Origin: Macrotis lagotis
Taxonomy: Eukaryota
Length of the DNA: 64,000 bases
Assembly (NCBI RefSeq): GCF_037893015.1
Contig: NC_133658.1
Location: 742,338,877-742,402,876, forward strand
Direction: 5' to 3'
Position numbers and translations under genes: made by a program. The notes below the pieces were generated by a model, which saw nothing but the letters and a program-made list of their open reading frames with translations, made no database searches and had not been told where the DNA came from. Of the stretch, positions 62,145 through 64,000 are shown one piece after another (position 1 is the first letter of the stretch; the number at the start of each line of letters is the position of its first letter).

Positions 62145-62290
62145 GGGGGCAGCTGGATGTTGCAGTGGATAGAGCACCTGGAGTCAAGAGGACCTGGGTT
62201 CAAATTTGACCTCAGATACTTAATAATTACCCAGCTGTGTGACTTTGGGCAAGTCACTTAACCCCACTGCCTTGCAACCCCACCCCAAAT
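62145..62290 (+). mobile_element. tRNA-derived SINE copy 140 nt upstream (top strand) of the RNF17 exon at 61838-62001
   Basis: gggggcagctggatgttgcagtggatagagcacctggagtcaagaggacctgggttcaaatttgacctcagatacttaataattacccagctgtgtgactttgggcaagtcacttaaccccactgccttgcaacccc. Confidence 0.85.
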
Positions 62291-63099
62291 TTTTTTTTAA
62301 AAATTAAAAAAAGAAAGAATTTCCCTTAATTTGTTCAGTCAATCATTACTAAGTACTTTAAACATAGTTTTCACTATCTGTATGTATATTAAATATTTAG
62401 GAATCTTATATTATCAGGTTTTGAGTGTTTTGAGAAATGAAAGTATGGATCATGACTATGTAACAACTACAGAATGAAAATACTAGATTAATTACTTCAC
62501 TTCAGGGATGACAGATCAAGACAGGACGCTCTATTTTGTGTAATACTGAAATGCTGCACAGGGAATAAGGCCTTTAACAAAATCTTGTTAGAAACAATCT
62601 GTTAACCACTAGTTATCCCAAACAGTATTTTCATAATAAATGTACAGGAATAATAATACAGCATGGTACAGTTGACAGATAGTTTAGTTCTGGAATTAGG
62701 ATGAAATTAATTATTGGTTGAGACGAAAAACTAATGTACAAACACTCTCGTAATTTGTTCTCCACAGAAATCTTACTGTGATGTCTCTCTATGGCATCAT
62801 TGTGATCCTAGGTTCCCAGGTCTGCAAAGTACAAAATTGGTAGGTAATACCAAAAATGGAAATCTTCTAAGTAATGATCTAGTGATGAGCAGGGCCTAAA
62901 CTGAGAGGACAAATTTAAGCAAGTACAGAGATCTTCATCACTACCAGTTTGATCATTAGATTAAAAAATTGTTTGGCCATTGTAAACATCAAAAATGAAA
63001 ATACAAAATTGCTTCTCATTCTTAGTGATTATGGCAGGGAAAATGCTAAGAACCAAATCAATTTTAGACAGAACAGAAACATGCATTTAATCACTGATA

Positions 63100-63960
63100 C
63101 CAGAGACTATGAGTTCTTTGTCTAAATGACCAAGGAGCAGTATGGAGGAACAACCATATTCGTGCTGACATTCTTGCTATAACTGACAAAAATGGAACAA
63201 AAATATTTGTAGCTAAATATTAGCAAAATGATCTTCCAGGAGGACTGAATAAGAATTAGTGGAATTAGTTTCAGTCAGTGCCCAAAGGGGAAAAGGAAGT
63301 ATTTCACAGGACTCTCAGTCATATTGCCCTGCAGAAGTGAAAATGAACACCACAAAAATAGATGTAGCCCATTTGCCAATATTTTTGCAAAGGAGGAAAG
63401 AAGTAGATGAAATTCATGAAAAGTATGGAAAGATCTTCCAATTCTTGCTGACTTCAATGTAAAGGTAGGCAGGCATAGGAGGCTGACAAAATACATCATA
63501 AAATATAGTCTTAATAAAAAAAATAACAAGGGTTCTAGAAATAGATGGAAATGCTGGACACTATCTAGACCAAACAAAAAGACAAAAAATTTGACTTTAA
63601 CAAATGCCTATTAAAGTGGGAGTCATTTTCAATAGTTACCTCTGTGAGTCTGGACCTTTAACTAATGCAAAGGCTATGATCCAAATGAATTAGAGCATAA
63701 AAAAGACACAGTGTTCAATCAGCTCCAACTAGACTTATTTAAATAAATTATTGAGTCAGGAAAATGGATATAAATGAAAAGACTTCTACAGATGATAACT
63801 TTTTAGAAAAATCAAATAGATTTAAAAAAGCTACTATGAGACTCAGAACCTGCCTTAGTCAAGCAAGCATTTGAGCTCCAAGCTAAGCAAATACAGGAAA
63901 GATATTAATTGGAATACATACTCAGTTACAGAAGATGATCATTTAAACAATACTGTTTTC
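63100..63960 (+). mobile_element. Second RTE/BovB-like fragment (endonuclease-region homology)
   Basis: Translated ILADFNVKVGRHRRL... resembles RTE IIGDWNAKVG. The coding sequence is degenerate. Confidence 0.35.
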
Positions 63961-64000
63961 AAAAAAAACAACATTTTAGGGGTGGCTAGGTGGCGTAGAC

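Noticed and set aside
62740-62860. Minus-strand segment with a good acceptor (ccaattttgtactttgcag|ACC) and donor (ACA|gtaaga) that looked like an RNF17 exon
   Set aside because: All three frames contain stop codons within the 45-nt interval, so it cannot be coding.

Overview
This window is vertebrate nuclear genomic DNA, not prokaryotic. I found no CRISPR array, rRNA, tRNA gene or operon-like feature. It is AT-rich and intron-dominated. It is saturated with a tRNA-derived SINE (consensus GGGGCAGCTAGGTGGCGCAGTGGATAGAGC...CCACTTAACCCCATTGCCTTGCAAAAA). I recognise that SINE as the dominant family of marsupial (opossum-like) genomes, so the marsupial origin is inference. Two protein-coding genes lie tail to tail. 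(1) CENPJ/CPAP on the + strand. I reconstructed 16 coding exons, corresponding to human exons 2-17. They run from the ATG at 511 to the TAG at 39709-39711, carry canonical AG/GT splice sites and keep a consistent reading phase. The CDS totals 4050 nt, predicting 1349 aa. It includes the large roughly 1.6 kb exon at 10121-11741 and the C-terminal G-box/TCP exons ([18 protein letters not shown]..., [28 protein letters not shown], ...[16 protein letters not shown]...VLVDTKL*). Exon 1 and the promoter are upstream of the window. (2) The 3' portion of RNF17 (TDRD4) on the - strand. I could place nine coding exons ending at a TGA (top strand 42804-42806). They encode a complete C-terminal extended Tudor domain, most of the preceding Tudor domain and a linker exon. 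The two stop codons are about 3.1 kb apart (convergent arrangement as in human 13q12). Introns carry at least 30 SINE copies in both orientations and MIR-like elements. They also carry a 5'UTR+ORF1 L1 fragment antisense in CENPJ intron 13, an L1 3'-end fragment, and a roughly 2.2 kb RTE/BovB-like fragment with a nested SINE. Further content is a second RTE 5' fragment, several unclassified high-copy repeat families and microsatellites. Two things stand out: a pair of strongly transition-skewed (T>C on the + strand) SINE copies next to the L1 fragment, and a perfect 50-bp palindrome in an RNF17 intron. Most ORFs in the supplied six-frame track are spurious (intronic, antisense or repeat-derived). 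The track also uses alternative start codons.
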